A stretch of 64,000 nt of DNA from an uncultured bacterium (GTDB lineage Bacteria > Acidobacteriota > HRBIN11 > JAKEFK01), in NCBI GenBank assembly GCA_963777505.1, contig CAVZQN010000004.1, positions 1,024,001 through 1,088,000 of the forward strand, read 5' to 3'. How positions within the stretch are numbered: the first letter of the stretch is position 1; every line of letters starts with the position of its first letter. Below are positions 9,224 to 19,887 of this stretch, piece after piece. The notes beneath the pieces are model-generated. The model was not told where the DNA came from. It searched no databases and saw only the letters and a list, made by a program, of their open reading frames with translations. Both the position numbers and the translations under genes were made by a program.

Positions 9224-10462
9224 ATGGCTCCTTCTGGCACACTGAATCGTTCTCATTTAATCGCAATTCTGCTTTTTTTCGCTCTCAATCTTGCACTTCT
9301 ATTTGTTTTTCACGAAATTAATTTGCCCCATGTGCTGCTTTTCATAGTCTTCTTCCTTGTTTGGTGTTCACCTGGATACTTCTTTGCGGTCCTTTCGAAC
9401 CGAGAAAATCGTCGTGGCCCGTTTTTCTGGCTCGTTGCGATTGCCGCCGGCTATCATCTCAGTTCCCTGTTAGTCGTTTTTGCCGTAAAAGCGTTCTCTG
9501 TCCCGGCGTGGGGTATAGCCCTCTTTATGGGATCAGTTTTGCTAACTGTATTCCTGATTTTTCATAACAGGATTCTGACTCAAGTAAAAAAATTCCGTCT
9601 GTCGCGATCAGGAATTGATTTTTTCTCGCTGGCTCTGGTTCTCGGTCTTGCGCTCATATTTATCTTTTTTGTAATTTATCCGCATGCTCAGGCAGGCAAA
9701 ACATCTGCTGACGGTTTCCATTACAATGACCTGTTTAGCACAGTTTTTTTCAAACATGTAAGCATTACTGGAGAACTTGCCAGAAATATTCCTCCGGAGA
9801 ATCCTTTTTTTGGCGGCGAGAAGCTGAACTATTACTGGCTTTTTTACATTTTTCCATCTGTTGCACACTCCGCACTTAATATCCCGCTTGAAGAAACTCT
9901 GTACTTACTGACCTGGGCAATTGCAGTTATAGGCCTGTTTTCGATTTTGGTTATGATTCATGCTTTTTCCACTCGCACATCAGACTTAATGATGGCAGTT
10001 ACACCTTTATTGTTTGCCTACAGTTACGATGGCGCTCTCGTACTGGCAAATTTGAAACACGATGAAAAACCATTGTCCGAATTTACTTCAATCAATATTG
10101 ATGCAGCGGGGCGAATGTATCTTGATTCGCCTGAAGTGATCGGTGTGTACCGTGGATTTGTTTTTGATCCACATCATATGTTTGCAATCTGTCTTATGAT
10201 CCTTTCGTTTTTATTGTTCAGGCGAGTGCTTCACAAACCTTCATGGATCGTCGCAGCAGCTGCATTGTTTTTGTTCGGTGGAGTTGCCGGGCATAGCGCT
10301 TTTGTCGCTTATACCGCAGTTTTATGGATTGCCGTCTGGCTATCGATAGAGTTAATCAAAGGACGTGCAGCATATTCTGAAGAACGGAAAATTTCTGGCC
10401 ATTGCTGCGTTCATAGTTTTGTTTTACGCAATTTTTTATTTCAGGTTTCCTGGATTTTATGA
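9224..10462 (+). CDS. Polytopic membrane protein, GT-C-like; N-terminal part of a probably frameshifted gene
   Basis: About 10 hydrophobic segments; PPENPFFGGEKLNYYWLF resembles the loop of DUF2298/YYY-type GT-C proteins. An alternative hydrophobic frame continues near 10360-10460. Confidence 0.6.
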   Translation: MAPSGTLNRSHLIAILLFFALNLALLFVFHEINLPHVLLFIVFFLVWCSPGYFFAVLSNRENRRGPFFWLVAIAAGYHLSSLLVVFAVKAFSVPAWGIALFMGSVLLTVFLIFHNRILTQVKKFRLSRSGIDFFSLALVLGLALIFIFFVIYPHAQAGKTSADGFHYNDLFSTVFFKHVSITGELARNIPPENPFFGGEKLNYYWLFYIFPSVAHSALNIPLEETLYLLTWAIAVIGLFSILVMIHAFSTRTSDLMMAVTPLLFAYSYDGALVLANLKHDEKPLSEFTSINIDAAGRMYLDSPEVIGVYRGFVFDPHHMFAICLMILSFLLFRRVLHKPSWIVAAAALFLFGGVAGHSAFVAYTAVLWIAVWLSIELIKGRAAYSEERKISGHCCVHSFVLRNFLFQVSWIL

Positions 10463-11667
10463 AATGGAAAAGTCGGGATCTGGACATCGGCATGTCATCG
10501 CAGACCCCATTGTTTCTATTAATTGATTTTGGGGCATTGCTGATTCTTGGAACGCTCGGACTTGTTTTAGGCATTAAGAAAAAGGATGGACGAATTCTTC
10601 CAGTTGCCGTTTTACTTCTAATCGGTTTTTCGCAGCTTCTCTTTACCTTTTTTCCGGAATGGCCACATGATCTAAGTATGAAAACAGGGCATTCGATTTC
10701 TATTGCTCTTGCTTGTTTAAGTGCGCACTTTTTTTCAAAGCAAGCAGCAGGAACTGTCCGTAGAAGAATTGCGAAACTAGGATTTGCTTTTATTATTTTT
10801 CCAGCATTACCAACACTTGCAATGGACTGGTATAACTTGCAGCAATCCGACAGCGAACAATCCGATACATTAATAACAAATGAAGATCTTGCGGCCTGCA
10901 AGTGGATTAATAAAAATGTACCCGAGGATGCCGTAGTGCAATCATTTCCGTTCCGTGACGGAATTGCATTCTATTCATTGATTCCAACTTTTGCTGAAAG
11001 AAGAACAGCGCTCGGCGATTTGATGCATTCGCGCATCTTTCAAGGAGACACTGAACGGAACAAGAATCGCCGTAAGTTAATCAATCTTATGTTTTTGACT
11101 GAATCTCCTGAACAAACATGGTCAATAGGGCAAAACCTGGGGATCGAATACATTTACAACGGTCCAACTGAAAGGAAACTGTTTAGCGATAAGCAGTCGA
11201 AGTTCAGGGATCAAAACCTCTTCGAAAGAGTTTATGCAAATCGCCTTGTACGTATTTATAAGTTAAATCCGCGCCTCGAAGTTCAATCTGATTCCTATAA
11301 TGAAGACCAGGATCAAAGTATTGTTGATGTGGAACTCGCAACCGGTTTTAACACGATGTGGTCCGAAAATACCTGGAGGGCTGTGGAGTGGAGCGGCGTT
11401 TCCGGATCAACACTTTCTTTGAATACACCTCACGAGTTTTCAGGCATTCTTATGTTTCGGATCAGAGCACCGAAACCTGTCCGGCTTGAAGTTCATTACG
11501 GCGACTCTCATGAAGCGATTAAGATCGAACCAACCTGGCAATGGATTGAGTTAGATAATTTATCCCTGACAAAAGGTACCAACAATATTCAGTTTATGCT
11601 TCCAAATAACAACAATCAGAGATTTCTGATTTCGGAAGTGTTCTTCTTCGGCCACCAAATTCACTGA
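10459..11667 (+). CDS. C-terminal part of the GT-C-like membrane protein with a periplasmic domain
   Basis: TM helices, then DLAACKWI..NVPEDAVV, IPTFAERRTALG and IEYIYNGPTER, typical of GT-C C-terminal domains. Confidence 0.6.
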   Translation: MKWKSRDLDIGMSSQTPLFLLIDFGALLILGTLGLVLGIKKKDGRILPVAVLLLIGFSQLLFTFFPEWPHDLSMKTGHSISIALACLSAHFFSKQAAGTVRRRIAKLGFAFIIFPALPTLAMDWYNLQQSDSEQSDTLITNEDLAACKWINKNVPEDAVVQSFPFRDGIAFYSLIPTFAERRTALGDLMHSRIFQGDTERNKNRRKLINLMFLTESPEQTWSIGQNLGIEYIYNGPTERKLFSDKQSKFRDQNLFERVYANRLVRIYKLNPRLEVQSDSYNEDQDQSIVDVELATGFNTMWSENTWRAVEWSGVSGSTLSLNTPHEFSGILMFRIRAPKPVRLEVHYGDSHEAIKIEPTWQWIELDNLSLTKGTNNIQFMLPNNNNQRFLISEVFFFGHQIH

Positions 11668-11841
11668 GTTTTTGTAGTTAGGTATGCAGTCGCCGAAGGC
11701 AACAGTACCGTAAAGCTTTGTGTCACGGCACTGCCTCGCATTTGCTCGGCTGCGTGCCTTACTTCAAATTCAAAAAAAACTTGCCTTTTCCAATTGAAGC
11801 CTATCCATATAAGTGATAGCAAAAAAACAATGGAGGATAAT

Positions 11842-12300
11842 ATGAAGAAACCCCGTTTTATGGTGGTTGCATTTGTTGCAGCGATCAGCATGTTAGTCTC
11901 TGGCTTTTCCTGGGCTGTACCTCAAACAAGATTCGCAGTGCTGAATGGTGGAGTTGAGGTGAATGATGATGGAGTAGCTGGAGCAGGAGATACCAATGGT
12001 CGTGGCTCAGCAACGATCGTGTTCGATCCTGCAAACGGACAATTGTGCTTTGCGATTGCTGTTACAGCAATTGGAACTCCCGTTGCTGCACACATCCATC
12101 GCGCGGCAGCTGGCGTCAATGGAGGAATTGTTGTTACTCTGACACCTCCTTCTTCTGGTTCGCCCGGTGCTTCGAGTGGATGTGTAACAGGTGTTGCACA
12201 AAGTCTACTCCAGAATATTCAGAATAATCCGTCAAACTTCTACGTTAACGTTCACACTGAAGATTTTCCGGCTGGTGCAGTTCGCGGACAATTATTCTGA
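11842..12300 (+). CDS. Exported CHRD domain protein
   Basis: AAHIHRAAAGVNGGIVV and FYVNVHTEDFPAGAVRGQL motifs; GGAGG before ATG 11842. Confidence 0.9.
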   Translation: MKKPRFMVVAFVAAISMLVSGFSWAVPQTRFAVLNGGVEVNDDGVAGAGDTNGRGSATIVFDPANGQLCFAIAVTAIGTPVAAHIHRAAAGVNGGIVVTLTPPSSGSPGASSGCVTGVAQSLLQNIQNNPSNFYVNVHTEDFPAGAVRGQLF

Positions 12301-12310
12301 GTAACTTTAG

Positions 12311-12360
12311 CACTCACAACCGCCAATGAACATAAGTGGAGGCTTGGCGGTTGGGGAGTG
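12311..12360 (+). terminator. Long-loop hairpin after the CHRD gene (possible terminator or 3' stabilizer)
   Basis: CACTC-ACAACCGCCAA ... TTGGCGGTTG-GGGAGTG inverted repeat; no clear U-tract. Confidence 0.4.
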
Positions 12361-12414
12361 ATTGCGCTGTTATCAGGAGTAAACCTTTTTGTTTTATTGT
12401 TGGTCTAAACCGTC

Positions 12415-14856
12415 ATGTTGGATACCGCACGACGGGAATTCCGCCATTCCATTCGGATCCTCAAGACCCGGCCTGGTTTTAGTGCTGCTGTTATACTGAC
12501 GATCGCACTCGGGATATCTTCAAATACCACAATTTTTTCAGCAATCGATACTGTTCTTTTACGATCGTTGCCATACAAAGATTCTGATCGAATCATTACG
12601 ATCTGGAATCGTTACGGTAAGACTGAAGAGACAAGGTTCAGATCTTCCATTTCACCTCCCGATTATTTTGATCGTGTAGAACAAAGTAAGACCCTTGAAT
12701 CTGTTGCCGCCTTGACGATGTCAACCCTGGATTTAACCGGTAGCGGTGAGCCCAAACGGATTCAGTCGTGTCCTGTAACCGCATCCTTTTTTCCATTACT
12801 TGGAGTTCAACCATTGCGAGGGCGTTTCCCTACGGTTGAAGAAGATCAGACTGGCAAAAACAATGTTGTTGTTATCAGCCATAACACATGGAATGGAATT
12901 TTTGGAAGAGATCCTGAAATCATCGGGCGACAAATAAATCTCAGTGGAAATGTTCACACAGTTATCGGCGTCATGCCTCCTTCCTTCCGTTTTCCAACTC
13001 CGGAAATTGGCATCTGGTATCCGATTGCTTTTAAACCGGAACAAAAAGGGGATGACAATCGTGGGAATGAATACCTGTTAATGATTGGACGAATCAAAAA
13101 GGGTATTACTCTCAGCCAGGCTGTAACCGAGATGGAAGTCATTGCTGCACGAGTGCCAGTCAATGTTCCGGCACGACGTGATTTCTTACTGGGTGGAGGT
13201 TGGGGTTCAATTGTGATCCCCCTTCATGAATTTTTAGTATCGGATATAAAGCCTGCCTTACTTGTTTTAATGGGAGCGGTATTTTGCGTGTTCCTTATTG
13301 TTTGCGCAAACGTTTCGCATCTGATGCTTGTCCGATATTCAGAACGTCGCAAAGATATTGCGATCCGAGCAGCTTTGGGTGCAGATCGCTGGCAGCTTAT
13401 TCGTACACTGCTTTTCGAGAGTCTTATTTTGAGTCTGGCTGGCGGAGCAGTCGGCCTGATTCTGGCGCGATGGGGTCTGCACTTATTGACCTTTATTACA
13501 CCTGTCGATGTTTCCTTTTTTGGTGAAATTCAAATCGACCTTCGAGTTCTTGCATTCGTAGTTGTGCTGTCTTTTTTAACTGCTTTCGTGCTTGCACTGG
13601 TTCCACTCATTCAATTTAACAAAACGAATATACAGCTGTTCATCAAGGAGACATCACTGAATGCCTCGGGTAGATCCCGGCGTCATTATGCGTTGGTAAC
13701 CATTGAAGTCGGATTGGCTTTGATTCTTTTTTCGTGCGGAATCATTTTGATGAAAAGTTTTCTTTTGCTTTTGGAAGAAAAACCGGGATTTGAGCCGAAG
13801 GATCGAGTGACTCTTTCACTTTCAACTCCGGCTTCAAGATATCCGGCGGAGAGCCATCAAGCTGAATTCTATAAAGAACTCCTTCAACGGATCAGATCGC
13901 TTCCAGAAGTTAAATCAGTGGGAGCCAGCGGAACGTTGCCTTTAACGGGTGAAAATTGGACGGCTACCTTTTCGGTTCAAGGGCATAGACCGGCTCCTGG
14001 CGGAGTAAGCCCAGGATTTGAATATCGCGTTGTAACACCAGGTTGGGTGAAAACGATGGGAATACCGATTCAATTCGGGCGGGATTTTAATGACCGAGAT
14101 ACCAGCGATTCGCCGCTTGTTGTGCTCATCGATGAACAATTAGCTGCCCGTTATTGGAAAGGAGCCGATGCAATTGGAAAAAAGATTGGATTTGGAAGTG
14201 ACGAAGGTACGATAAAGTACCGTGAAATTGTGGGGATTATAGGATCTGTTAAAAATCTGAATTTGCAATCGCCAGGGAAAGAGCAGGTTTATTTACCCCA
14301 CTCACAATTGGTGATCCGTTCAATGTTTGTGGTCGTTCATACTAAAGTAAGTCCGCTGACTGTAATTCCTGCAATTCGAAGCCGTGTATCAAATTTAGAT
14401 TCGAATTTACCAATCGATCGCATAAGAACGATGGAGCAGATAGTTCACGATTCCGTTGCACGTCCCAGGTTTCAAACATGGGTACTTGGATTCTTTGCAA
14501 TCTTGTCGTTTGTTCTGGCCATCATCGGAATTTATGGCGTTATCTCATATTCAGTCCGGCAGCAAACTCGCGAGATTGGCATCCGCATGGCGCTGGGTGC
14601 TACGCAAGAAAATGTTACCTTTCACATTGTCTGGTACGGCTTAAAAGCAGCTTTGCTCGGAATTGTTTTTGGAGTAGTCGGTGCATTGGCTTTATCCAGG
14701 CTCCTATCATCGCTCGTCTTTAAAGTGCGCCCAGGCGATCCAGTGATCATGATCGGGACCGCGATTCTGATGTTTATTGTGGCCTTCCTTGCCTGTTATA
14801 TCCCTGCGCGGCGAGCAGCAAAAGTAAATCCCGTAATTGCCCTCCGTTACGAGTAA
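12415..14856 (+). CDS. ABC transporter permease, duplicated MacB/FtsX (acidobacterial duplicated orphan permease type)
   Basis: RPGFSAAVILTIALGI, two MacB_PCD/FtsX units, REIGIRMALGA, YIPARRAAKVNPVIALRYE. Confidence 0.92.
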   Translation: MLDTARREFRHSIRILKTRPGFSAAVILTIALGISSNTTIFSAIDTVLLRSLPYKDSDRIITIWNRYGKTEETRFRSSISPPDYFDRVEQSKTLESVAALTMSTLDLTGSGEPKRIQSCPVTASFFPLLGVQPLRGRFPTVEEDQTGKNNVVVISHNTWNGIFGRDPEIIGRQINLSGNVHTVIGVMPPSFRFPTPEIGIWYPIAFKPEQKGDDNRGNEYLLMIGRIKKGITLSQAVTEMEVIAARVPVNVPARRDFLLGGGWGSIVIPLHEFLVSDIKPALLVLMGAVFCVFLIVCANVSHLMLVRYSERRKDIAIRAALGADRWQLIRTLLFESLILSLAGGAVGLILARWGLHLLTFITPVDVSFFGEIQIDLRVLAFVVVLSFLTAFVLALVPLIQFNKTNIQLFIKETSLNASGRSRRHYALVTIEVGLALILFSCGIILMKSFLLLLEEKPGFEPKDRVTLSLSTPASRYPAESHQAEFYKELLQRIRSLPEVKSVGASGTLPLTGENWTATFSVQGHRPAPGGVSPGFEYRVVTPGWVKTMGIPIQFGRDFNDRDTSDSPLVVLIDEQLAARYWKGADAIGKKIGFGSDEGTIKYREIVGIIGSVKNLNLQSPGKEQVYLPHSQLVIRSMFVVVHTKVSPLTVIPAIRSRVSNLDSNLPIDRIRTMEQIVHDSVARPRFQTWVLGFFAILSFVLAIIGIYGVISYSVRQQTREIGIRMALGATQENVTFHIVWYGLKAALLGIVFGVVGALALSRLLSSLVFKVRPGDPVIMIGTAILMFIVAFLACYIPARRAAKVNPVIALRYE

Positions 14857-14879
14857 TCTTTGTGTCTTTGCGGCAGTCA

Positions 14880-15034
14880 TAGCCCCCGGCGTGAGCCGGG
14901 GGATAACGGATTGGTGAAATAAACCAGCCCGCTTCAAGCGGGCGAAAGACCGTTTTACTATGACTGTCTTACGCCCGCCTTGAGCGGGCTAAATCTTTAT
15001 GTGGCCCTTAACCCCCGGCTTACGCCGGGGGCTA
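14880..15034. repeat. REPIN/MITE-like nested palindromic element
   Basis: Terminal TAGCCCCCGGCGTGAGCCGGGGG and CCCCCGGCTTACGCCGGGGGCTA are inverted copies; inner pair GCCCGCTTCAAGCGGGC / GCCCGCCTTGAGCGGGC. Confidence 0.75.
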
Positions 15035-15083
15035 AAAGCAATTTAAATTTGCATTTCGATTTCCCAGAAATATTAGTTTCTAC

Positions 15084-16235
15084 ATGAAAAAACTAATCTG
15101 GGTGATTTTCACATTTTACAATTTAGCGTTATTTGCCGATGTAGAGGTCAAGGAAGTCAATGATGGCTTCCGGGAAAGCTGCATTAAGCGCGCACAAGTT
15201 TGGAGACCTACTGAAGTTTCAAAGATGGATATTATGGCAGGCCCGCAGAATGAGATTTCTGTACCACCTGGAGCGGAATTTGTGTGTACATATGTTGAGC
15301 CAAAAGAAAAGTTAGCGGGAGTTACTCAGAAATTTTTATGTAAAACGGAGTCAGGTGATATCGTCCGCGTCAAATATGGCAAGGAGAACAAAGAAATGTA
15401 TGCGGAGATCGCAGCCACCAGACTTTTTTGGGCGCTTGGCTTTTATGCTGATGAAGTTTATCCGGTGAAGCTGAAATGCCTGGGTTGTCCGGAAAATAAT
15501 CCTTCCAATCCGGAACCAGGTGAAAAGCGCATGGATGGAACTTTGGAGTATGCATCCATTGAACGTAATTTTTCCGGAGCAAATATTGAAGTGAAAGAGG
15601 ATCAGGGTTGGGACTGGGAGGAATTGGATAAAATTTCCGAAAAGGATGGAGGCGCACCGCGCAGTCATGTTGATGCATTAAAGTTGCTTGCAGTTTTTAT
15701 TCAGCACGCCGATTCAAAATCAGCAAATCAGCGTCTTGGTTGTTATCCGGAAGATGTTTTGGATCAAAACAAAGATGGTGTCGTGCACTGTAAAAGGCCC
15801 GTCATGATGATTCAAGATCTGGGTTCAACATTCGGTTCAGGAACCACTGAGCTCAATGTCAGCAAAATCAGTTTTGATCAATGGAAAGGCCAGGAAGTTT
15901 GGAATGTTCCCAAACAAGCAAATTCCATCAAAGATACAGTTAAGCCGGTGTGTTATGGAAAGATCACTGCATCAAGAGCGGCAGGGGAGTATGGACTCTC
16001 GGATCCTGCGATTTCAGAAGAAGGACGAAAATTTCTTGCCGATCTTTTGAAACAACTAACACGCGAGCAAATCGTAGATATTTTTCGTGTGACCGGCGTT
16101 GAGAGGATGGATGAATTTGTAGAAGAAAACGGCGTTAAGCGGCGTCTTGGTGCGAATGATTGGGCAGAGATTTTTATTGAAAAGCGAAAAGAAATTATCG
16201 AACATGACTGTCCCGTTTTGTCTGCTGAAAAATAG
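15084..16235 (+). CDS. Exported hypothetical protein with atypical kinase-like motifs
   Basis: Signal peptide; VRVKYG, AEIAATRLFWALGF, QHADSKSANQ and IQDLGSTFG motifs. Confidence 0.6.
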   Translation: MKKLIWVIFTFYNLALFADVEVKEVNDGFRESCIKRAQVWRPTEVSKMDIMAGPQNEISVPPGAEFVCTYVEPKEKLAGVTQKFLCKTESGDIVRVKYGKENKEMYAEIAATRLFWALGFYADEVYPVKLKCLGCPENNPSNPEPGEKRMDGTLEYASIERNFSGANIEVKEDQGWDWEELDKISEKDGGAPRSHVDALKLLAVFIQHADSKSANQRLGCYPEDVLDQNKDGVVHCKRPVMMIQDLGSTFGSGTTELNVSKISFDQWKGQEVWNVPKQANSIKDTVKPVCYGKITASRAAGEYGLSDPAISEEGRKFLADLLKQLTREQIVDIFRVTGVERMDEFVEENGVKRRLGANDWAEIFIEKRKEIIEHDCPVLSAEK

Positions 16236-16242
16236 AAATCCA

Positions 16243-17904
16243 TTATTCGTCATCCACTGAAGAAGGCTCATTTTCAGGATCGATTGTTGTTAGTTCCGCA
16301 ACAACAAGACGTTCTCCAGTTTTTGCGTCACAGGCATGCGGCGGAGGCGGCATCGCTTTTTCTCCAACACGATTTGCGATCTTTCCGGGGAGCCAGAATA
16401 CTATGACAAGCGCCAAAGCAGATGTGATCATTGCTAAGCGAAAAACATGTGTCAATCCTTCCGAAAGTGCATCCTTCAGTACCTGAAGTTTCGAGGGTTG
16501 AATTTTTGAGCGCTCCAATGGATCGATGAGTGCGTTCGGATTTGCAGAAAGTTTCTCAGCATCATCATGCGTGATTATAGAATTGGGAAGGTTTGCCGCT
16601 TCTTTAAGATTTGTTGCCATTCCCGCTGACAGAAAAGCGCCCATAATTGCAACTCCGACGGCTCCTCCAATCGATCGCGAAAATTGATTCAACGAAGTTG
16701 CAGTTCCCAAAATCTCTCGCGGAACTGCTTGCTGAACAGCAATGAGAAGGGTCAACATTGTCAGTCCCAGGCCTGCACCGATCAATACAAGATCCAGATA
16801 CAACAAAGACTTTGATGTGTGCGCATCAAATGTAGAAAGCAACGCAAAAGCTAATGTCAGCAGGATGCCTCCTGTAATCACAGTCGGACGATATCCAGCT
16901 TTCAACAAAATGCGTCCACCGATGACCGATAGACTCACCCAGCTCAACATCAACGGTGTCAACAATGAACCTGCTTCGGTTGCTGTGGCTCCGCGAGTAC
17001 CTTGCGCGTAAAGTGGGATGAATGAAATGGATCCAAACATTGCGATACCAATCAGAAATCCAGCAGCAACTGCGATACTGACAACACGATTTTTGAACAA
17101 GCTGAATGGCAGGACTGGCTCTTTTGCTGAACGTTCAATTCGTACAAAAACAGCTGCAAGAAATGCAGAGCCCGAAAGTAATAACAGATTTCGCACTGTG
17201 AAAAGCTTTTGCACTGTCCCGCTGTCAACAAGAGCAAGCATTAACAAGGTCACTGATGACATCAGAGCAAGTGCTCCGGCATAATCAATTTCAGGATGTC
17301 GATTCAGTTGTGGTTCTTTCAAGCTGGAACCGATGATCAAAGATGATAGCAATCCGAAAGGAACGTTAATGAAGAATACCCATCGCCATGAAAATTGATC
17401 TGTAACAAACCCGCCAACAATCGGACCTACAATACTTGCAAGTCCCCATACACCGCTGAAAAGAGCTTGCATCCTGGCGCGTTCCTGCAACGTGTAGATA
17501 TCGCCAACGATCGTCATTGCAAGAGGCACCAGGGCTCCTGCGCCTAAACCTTGAATTGCGCGAAAAATAATCAGTTGAAACATCGAAGTGGAAATTCCGG
17601 ACAGAATTGAACCGAGCAAGAAAATTCCAACACCAATTTGATAAAGACGCCTTCTTCCGTATAAGTCCGAAAGTTTTCCCCAAACAGGAACGGTCACGGT
17701 TGAAGTCAGTAGATAGGCCGAAAAGACCCAGCTATAATGCTGAAGCCCTCCTAAAGAAGCGATGACTGTTGGCATTGCTGTGCCCACGACGGTCGCTTCC
17801 AATGCTGCAAGGAACATGCCGGTCATAACTCCGGCAGTTACGACCATTCTTTGTTTGCGAGGTAGGGCGAGAAGCGGCGTTGCAGCACGAGAATCGGTGT
17901 TCAT
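16243..17904 (-). CDS. MFS drug:H+ antiporter, DHA2 (14 TMS) family
   Basis: FLAALEATVVGTAMPT, GKLSDLYGRR, FRAIQGLGAG, WRWVFFINVP. Confidence 0.93.
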   Translation of the reverse strand: MNTDSRAATPLLALPRKQRMVVTAGVMTGMFLAALEATVVGTAMPTVIASLGGLQHYSWVFSAYLLTSTVTVPVWGKLSDLYGRRRLYQIGVGIFLLGSILSGISTSMFQLIIFRAIQGLGAGALVPLAMTIVGDIYTLQERARMQALFSGVWGLASIVGPIVGGFVTDQFSWRWVFFINVPFGLLSSLIIGSSLKEPQLNRHPEIDYAGALALMSSVTLLMLALVDSGTVQKLFTVRNLLLLSGSAFLAAVFVRIERSAKEPVLPFSLFKNRVVSIAVAAGFLIGIAMFGSISFIPLYAQGTRGATATEAGSLLTPLMLSWVSLSVIGGRILLKAGYRPTVITGGILLTLAFALLSTFDAHTSKSLLYLDLVLIGAGLGLTMLTLLIAVQQAVPREILGTATSLNQFSRSIGGAVGVAIMGAFLSAGMATNLKEAANLPNSIITHDDAEKLSANPNALIDPLERSKIQPSKLQVLKDALSEGLTHVFRLAMITSALALVIVFWLPGKIANRVGEKAMPPPPHACDAKTGERLVVAELTTIDPENEPSSVDDE

Positions 17905-18019
17905 TCTTTGAAGATTATTTTCGATTAAACGCTAAATCTAGATTGCCTATTAATGATACAGAGTATATTAATAGTGGGATGCAAGATAGATGTTTTGCCT
18001 CCATAGGGGGATGGAGTTT

Positions 18020-19823
18020 ATGTCACAAACCTACAGAGTCTATAAGGGACCACCTAAAACGAATACAATAACAAACTTTTCTCTACCTATTTTTCCTGAG
18101 AGCAGCCTTTCCCCGCTAATCGATACATCTCTGGACAAAGAGATGCTTGAAGAAAAGATGTCAAAGTTGATTCATGGAGACCATACCTGTTCTTTTTACG
18201 ACTCCATGAATGAGCAAGATGCAGTGCTTCTATCGTTCGTGAAGGCTGGCTTAAAACGCGGTGAACGTTGCATTTGTGTTGTAGACGATCGATCTGTTGA
18301 AGGTTTTGTCGAAAGAGCTTCAAAGTGTGAATATCGATGTCAAGAAAGAACAAGAAAGCGGTGCTTTGACATTTGTAAGCAAAGAACAATGGCGCAATCC
18401 CGGCGTCTTTGATATTCCTATCATGGCAGAGGGAATAAAGAAGCTAATCAATGAATCATTGACACCATCCTGGAAGGGTTTATGGATCGCGGTGGAAATG
18501 ACCTGGACACTGAGTCCGGACATTGATGCAGATCTTCTTGGAGCCTGGGAATCTTTTTGGAATAAACTGATTGAAGGAATGCCTGCAGTGTTGCTCTGTC
18601 AGTACAACAGGCACAGAATTCCACCCGCTGCTGTCTACCATGCTTTAAAAACGCATCCGCTTGTCGCAACAAGTGAAGATATTTATCAGAATTTTTATTA
18701 CGAACCTCCTGACCTTTTTTCTAATGCTCTTGCGCACACTGATCGTGCGAATTGGATCTTAGAACAATTTCATAGGAACCGTGCACTTGAACAAGAGCGA
18801 AGCCAACGGCTTCAAGCGCAAACTGTTCGCATTCAGGCGGAAGAAGGTCATCGAAGGCTTACGACGATTCTTGAAAGTATTACAGATGGCTTTGTTGCTC
18901 TGGATTCCCAATGGTGCTTTTCTTACATCAATGGTCATGCGGCTTCAGTTGCCGAAAGGCTTCACAAGAAGGCGTCTGGTTTAATTGGAAAAAATTTTTG
19001 GGAGGAATTTCCCGAAATAAAAGGAACTACCCTTGAAGAAAAGTTCCGTGTGGCAATGACGCAGCAAATTCCCATCCATTTTGAAGTATTTTATGCTCAA
19101 CTGAAATCATGGTTTGAAGTCAGGGCATATCCTTCTTCTGAAGGCGTCTCTTTTTACTTTCAGGATATTACTGTACGAAAACAAACTGAAGAAGAGCTTC
19201 GCCACTCGCTTCTAGAAAAGGACATTCTACTCAAAGAAATTCATCACAGGGTGAAAAATAACTTGCAGGTTATTGCAAGCCTGCTGGGATTGCAGTCTGC
19301 CAATATAGATGATCCCTACACTAAATCTTTGTTTAAGGAGAGTCAGGACCGGATCCGTTCCATGGCGCTTGTTCATGCGAAGCTAAACGGTTCCGAAAAT
19401 CTAACTGAAATCGATTTAGGTGTTTACATTGAAGATCTTGCAAATGATTTGTTGAATTCGTATGGATTGGATCGCAACAAAATTTCATTAAAGATCACAG
19501 TTCGTGGCGTATTGCTGCCGCTTGAAAGGGCGATATCATGCGCTATGATTTTGCATGAATTGATTTCAAATTCCTTGAAATATGCTTTCCCTGGCGATAA
19601 AAAAGGCAAAATCCATGTGGCTCTATATGAAGAGCGTACTGGAATCGCAGTGTTAACCGTCAGTGATGATGGAGTCGGGTTGCCGGAAGGATTTGAAGTA
19701 ACCCAGGCAAAATCATTAGGATTGCGGCTTGTAAACCTGCTCGCCAAACAATTACATGGAGCCATGACAATCACTCGCAAAGATGGTCTTACATTCCATC
19801 TCACCTTCCCCTGCAACTCCTAA
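18020..19823 (+). CDS. MEDS-PAS-HisKA_2 sensor histidine kinase, broken by one indel near 18300
   Basis: MEDS GDHTCSFYD...LCQYNR...ALKTHP is split across ORFs 17990-18412 and 18297-19823. Then PAS (ESITDGFVALD), EIHHRVKNNLQ, HELISNSLKYAF, DDGVGLP. Start position uncertain. Confidence 0.82.
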
Positions 19824-19887
19824 GATTCTCTGCGCCTCAGCGGTAAATCCTACTAACTTAAGGTAGGATTAAGCGAGGAGAGTGATG

